IMG/VR virus record: IMGVR_UViG_3300027746_000020
Location: 7,704-71,703 of that record
Length of the DNA stretch: 64,000 bases
Strand: one strand, 5' to 3'
Source: a virus
The notes beneath the pieces were generated by a model. The model searched no databases and was not told where the DNA came from. It saw nothing but the letters and a program-made list of their open reading frames with translations. Positions 62,002-64,000 of this stretch are shown here, one piece after another; the stretch's first letter is position 1, and the number at the start of each line of letters is the position of its first letter. The translations under genes were made by a program, and so were the position numbers.

Positions 62002-62675
62002 CAGTAGGAGGAGTTCGCGTAGCGGTTGCGAGCTTGGAAATGAATGAACAACTGCTTTAGCTCATCCCTCTGGAGAAGGACGACCTGATAGCAAGCGTCG
62101 GGGATGGCCACGACAATGCGGGCTCGGGGGATGAAAAGCTTGACCTCGCTGTAGACGAACTCAGCGGCGGCGGTGTAGGCGGCTACTTGGAGTTTGTAGT
62201 CGTAAAGCTTCTCATCGTCTGCGGCCTTCTCCGCCGATTTCCAGTCACTCAGGCTGATCTCCCCACCATCGTCTTCGTGGTATCCGAGATGATCGAGCGA
62301 TCCAGCAAAGCCGTCTGGATGCCAGACAGCCCCTTCCATCAGGGCGGTGTGTCTGATCTTGCGGACGAATGGGCGGATGCTGTTCCAGTAGGGAGTGGCC
62401 AAAATGCAACGTTTCGGTTCTTCTCCTGTCAGGAGGAAGTGTTCGATGCTGTTGTGCATCTTCGTCCCGCGCCAACCAGCGACCTTAAGGATCTGGTCTG
62501 CTTTATCTTTCCCCTTCCACTCCCTCCACTCATTGATCTTGGTCATGTTCTTCGACCGCTGGAGCTTGTTCGTTACACTCCCCGCCCAACCTAGTGGTGT
62601 GTTGTAATGGCGTCCGCCGAGGGGATGGTCATCTTCGCGCTCTAGCGTGTGCTTCGGAAGGGTTATGTAGTCCAT
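62001..62675 (-). CDS. PD-(D/E)XK exonuclease
   Basis: SVT..L, RGT.MH..IE, FAG.LD, DWKS, Y.LQVAAY. Confidence 0.85.
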   Translation of the reverse strand: MDYITLPKHTLEREDDHPLGGRHYNTPLGWAGSVTNKLQRSKNMTKINEWREWKGKDKADQILKVAGWRGTKMHNSIEHFLLTGEEPKRCILATPYWNSIRPFVRKIRHTALMEGAVWHPDGFAGSLDHLGYHEDDGGEISLSDWKSAEKAADDEKLYDYKLQVAAYTAAAEFVYSEVKLFIPRARIVVAIPDACYQVVLLQRDELKQLFIHFQARNRYANSSY

Positions 62676-62921
62676 TCAGTATTTGACCCCGTCGATTGGT
62701 TTAAGCAGCTCATCTGCAGTGCATCCCAGGATACGCGCACAGCCGAGGAGTACCTCAGGGTCAATATAGCGAGTGGCTTGTTTCCGGGCTCGGGAGAGAG
62801 CCCCGCTGGAGATTTGGAGAGAGTCCGCCATCGACTTGAGGCTGATGCCCTTCTGGATGGCCAGCACCTCGACGTTCCGCCCGAATGTTCGGATGATCTG
62901 CGCGGAATTCGGGGTCTCCAT
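62676..62921 (-). CDS. XRE-family HTH regulator
   Basis: KGISLKSMADSLQIS...LSR ... A.ILG...DELL. Confidence 0.8.
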   Translation of the reverse strand: METPNSAQIIRTFGRNVEVLAIQKGISLKSMADSLQISSGALSRARKQATRYIDPEVLLGCARILGCTADELLKPIDGVKY

Positions 62922-62952
62922 GGGATCGACGGGGTTGTTGACATTTTACATG

Positions 62953-62978
62953 AAAAAGGGGCGGGAGAAGCCCACCCC
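62953..62978 (-). terminator. intrinsic terminator after SSB-like gene
   Basis: Minus strand GGGGTGGG-CTTCT-CCCGCCCC-TTTTT. Confidence 0.8.
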
Positions 62979-63004
62979 ACTCAGGAATCAGACGGAAGCG
63001 TAGA

Positions 63005-63658
63005 TCACTCGTCGTCTTCATCGGCACCGGCAGCCTTGGAAGCCTCCGGCTCAAACGGGTTGCCGTTGTCAAAGAGTGCCTCCAGATCGCCGCCACTCTC
63101 CAGAAGCGCTTCGTAAGCTTCCTGAATGTGGTCGCCAACGGCTTTCGGAGGAGCGGCCTTCAACGAATACTTCGTGAAGTCGTTTTCCTTCTTCCTGGTG
63201 ATCTTGATGTCGTACTCCTGCGGATCGCCAAAGTCGGGGTCGACAATGGCGGCGTGGAGATCCTGGAGAATGGTCTTCTGGTCGATCATTAGAACAGAGA
63301 TCCGCTCTTTGGCGTAATCCCAGACGAAGCCGGCGATGAACCGCTTAATGTCAGCAGCTTTACCGCTCTGCTTGTTGATCTGCAAATTGCCGGGGATCTC
63401 GTCACCTTCCGGTTTAGTACGCCACCGAACTGGCTTACTCTTACCGTCAGTCTCGACCCAGGTGCTGTAACCAGTGATGGCGGCACCGAGAAAGCGGTAG
63501 CGGAAAGGCTTGCCTTCGTCGAGCTTGGAAAGGCCAACGTAGGCGTCGTTGGCGGCTGAATCTCTGGCAACGTCCTCGACCTGATCGTCGGAGAGGAACG
63601 CTGACGTCGGGCGCTTAGCTTTAGCTTCGGCGGCCTTGGTAGCGGTAGCTGCGGGCAT
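63005..63658 (-). CDS. single-stranded DNA-binding protein-like
   Basis: F.A..VWDY, GDP..YDIKITR...TKY, L.ALF.NGNPF and acidic tail DEDDE; start MPAAT. Confidence 0.7.
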   Translation of the reverse strand: MPAATATKAAEAKAKRPTSAFLSDDQVEDVARDSAANDAYVGLSKLDEGKPFRYRFLGAAITGYSTWVETDGKSKPVRWRTKPEGDEIPGNLQINKQSGKAADIKRFIAGFVWDYAKERISVLMIDQKTILQDLHAAIVDPDFGDPQEYDIKITRKKENDFTKYSLKAAPPKAVGDHIQEAYEALLESGGDLEALFDNGNPFEPEASKAAGADEDDE

Positions 63659-63722
63659 GGCGGTAGAAGGACAGTAACGATTTAACTGGGTTGAGACTGT
63701 TTCGCCTCGGGGACAACAACCC

Positions 63723-63944
63723 TCAGGGAGGTGTTGGGATCGACAGGGCCAGGGCGTGAGCCCGGATGATCTGCTCACAAACCTCAGAAGGTGAGGTGCT
63801 TTTGGCTTCCGCGAGAGTTACCAAGTGGGCATGGGCCTGATCGGTGAGGTGCAGATGACGCTTCCGTTTGGGAGCGCCATAGCGCCGGTAACCAGATCGT
63901 GCAGGCTCTGTCGACTGATTCAAGAATAGGTCAGAACGGGACAT
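63723..63944 (-). CDS. ribbon-helix-helix DNA-binding protein
   Basis: KRHLHLTD.A..HL..LA....S.SEV.EQIIR. Confidence 0.7.
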   Translation of the reverse strand: MSRSDLFLNQSTEPARSGYRRYGAPKRKRHLHLTDQAHAHLVTLAEAKSTSPSEVCEQIIRAHALALSIPTPP

Positions 63945-64000
63945 AGGTCAACCTATCGCAGAGGGGAGAAAGGGAGAGATCAACCAATTTCAGAACAGGG

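Noticed and set aside
62001-62675. Cas4 / CRISPR adaptation gene
   Set aside because: Lacks the four-Cys Fe-S pattern; beside SSB-like and dNMP kinase genes, consistent with a replication/recombination exonuclease

Overview
A 64-kb slice of a temperate long-tailed dsDNA phage genome. The host is probably a picocyanobacterium (Synechococcus/Cyanobium-like), inferred from a cyanobacterial-type AbrB, integrase and sigma factor. Almost all genes are on the minus strand. Read right to left, the order is: replication/regulation genes (SSB-like protein, exonuclease, dNMP kinase, sigma factor, HNH); three tandem sigma70-type promoters and a ~700-nt ORF-poor, highly self-complementary leader ending in a tRNA-like fold; ~19 kb of small early/middle genes (SprT-DUF2786, DUF932, Tad2/DUF2829, thyX, dcd); terminase; a 7x20-bp repeat; portal; an unusual array of basic, Cys-motif proteins including a protein kinase, interrupted by a holin/peptidase pair; DUF2213 protease, DUF2184 capsid, neck and tail genes with a -1 frameshifted chaperone; a tape measure with two muralytic domains; tail tip/fibres; attP-like site and tyrosine integrase. 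On the plus strand at the left edge are AbrB and the end of a family A DNA polymerase. The two strongest candidates for undescribed biology are (1) a modular 'R/K-x-D + C-G-x3-[IV]-x5-C + Gly/Ala helix' protein array in the head module and (2) the large structured early-leader RNA. All family assignments come from motif recognition by eye; no database searches were run.
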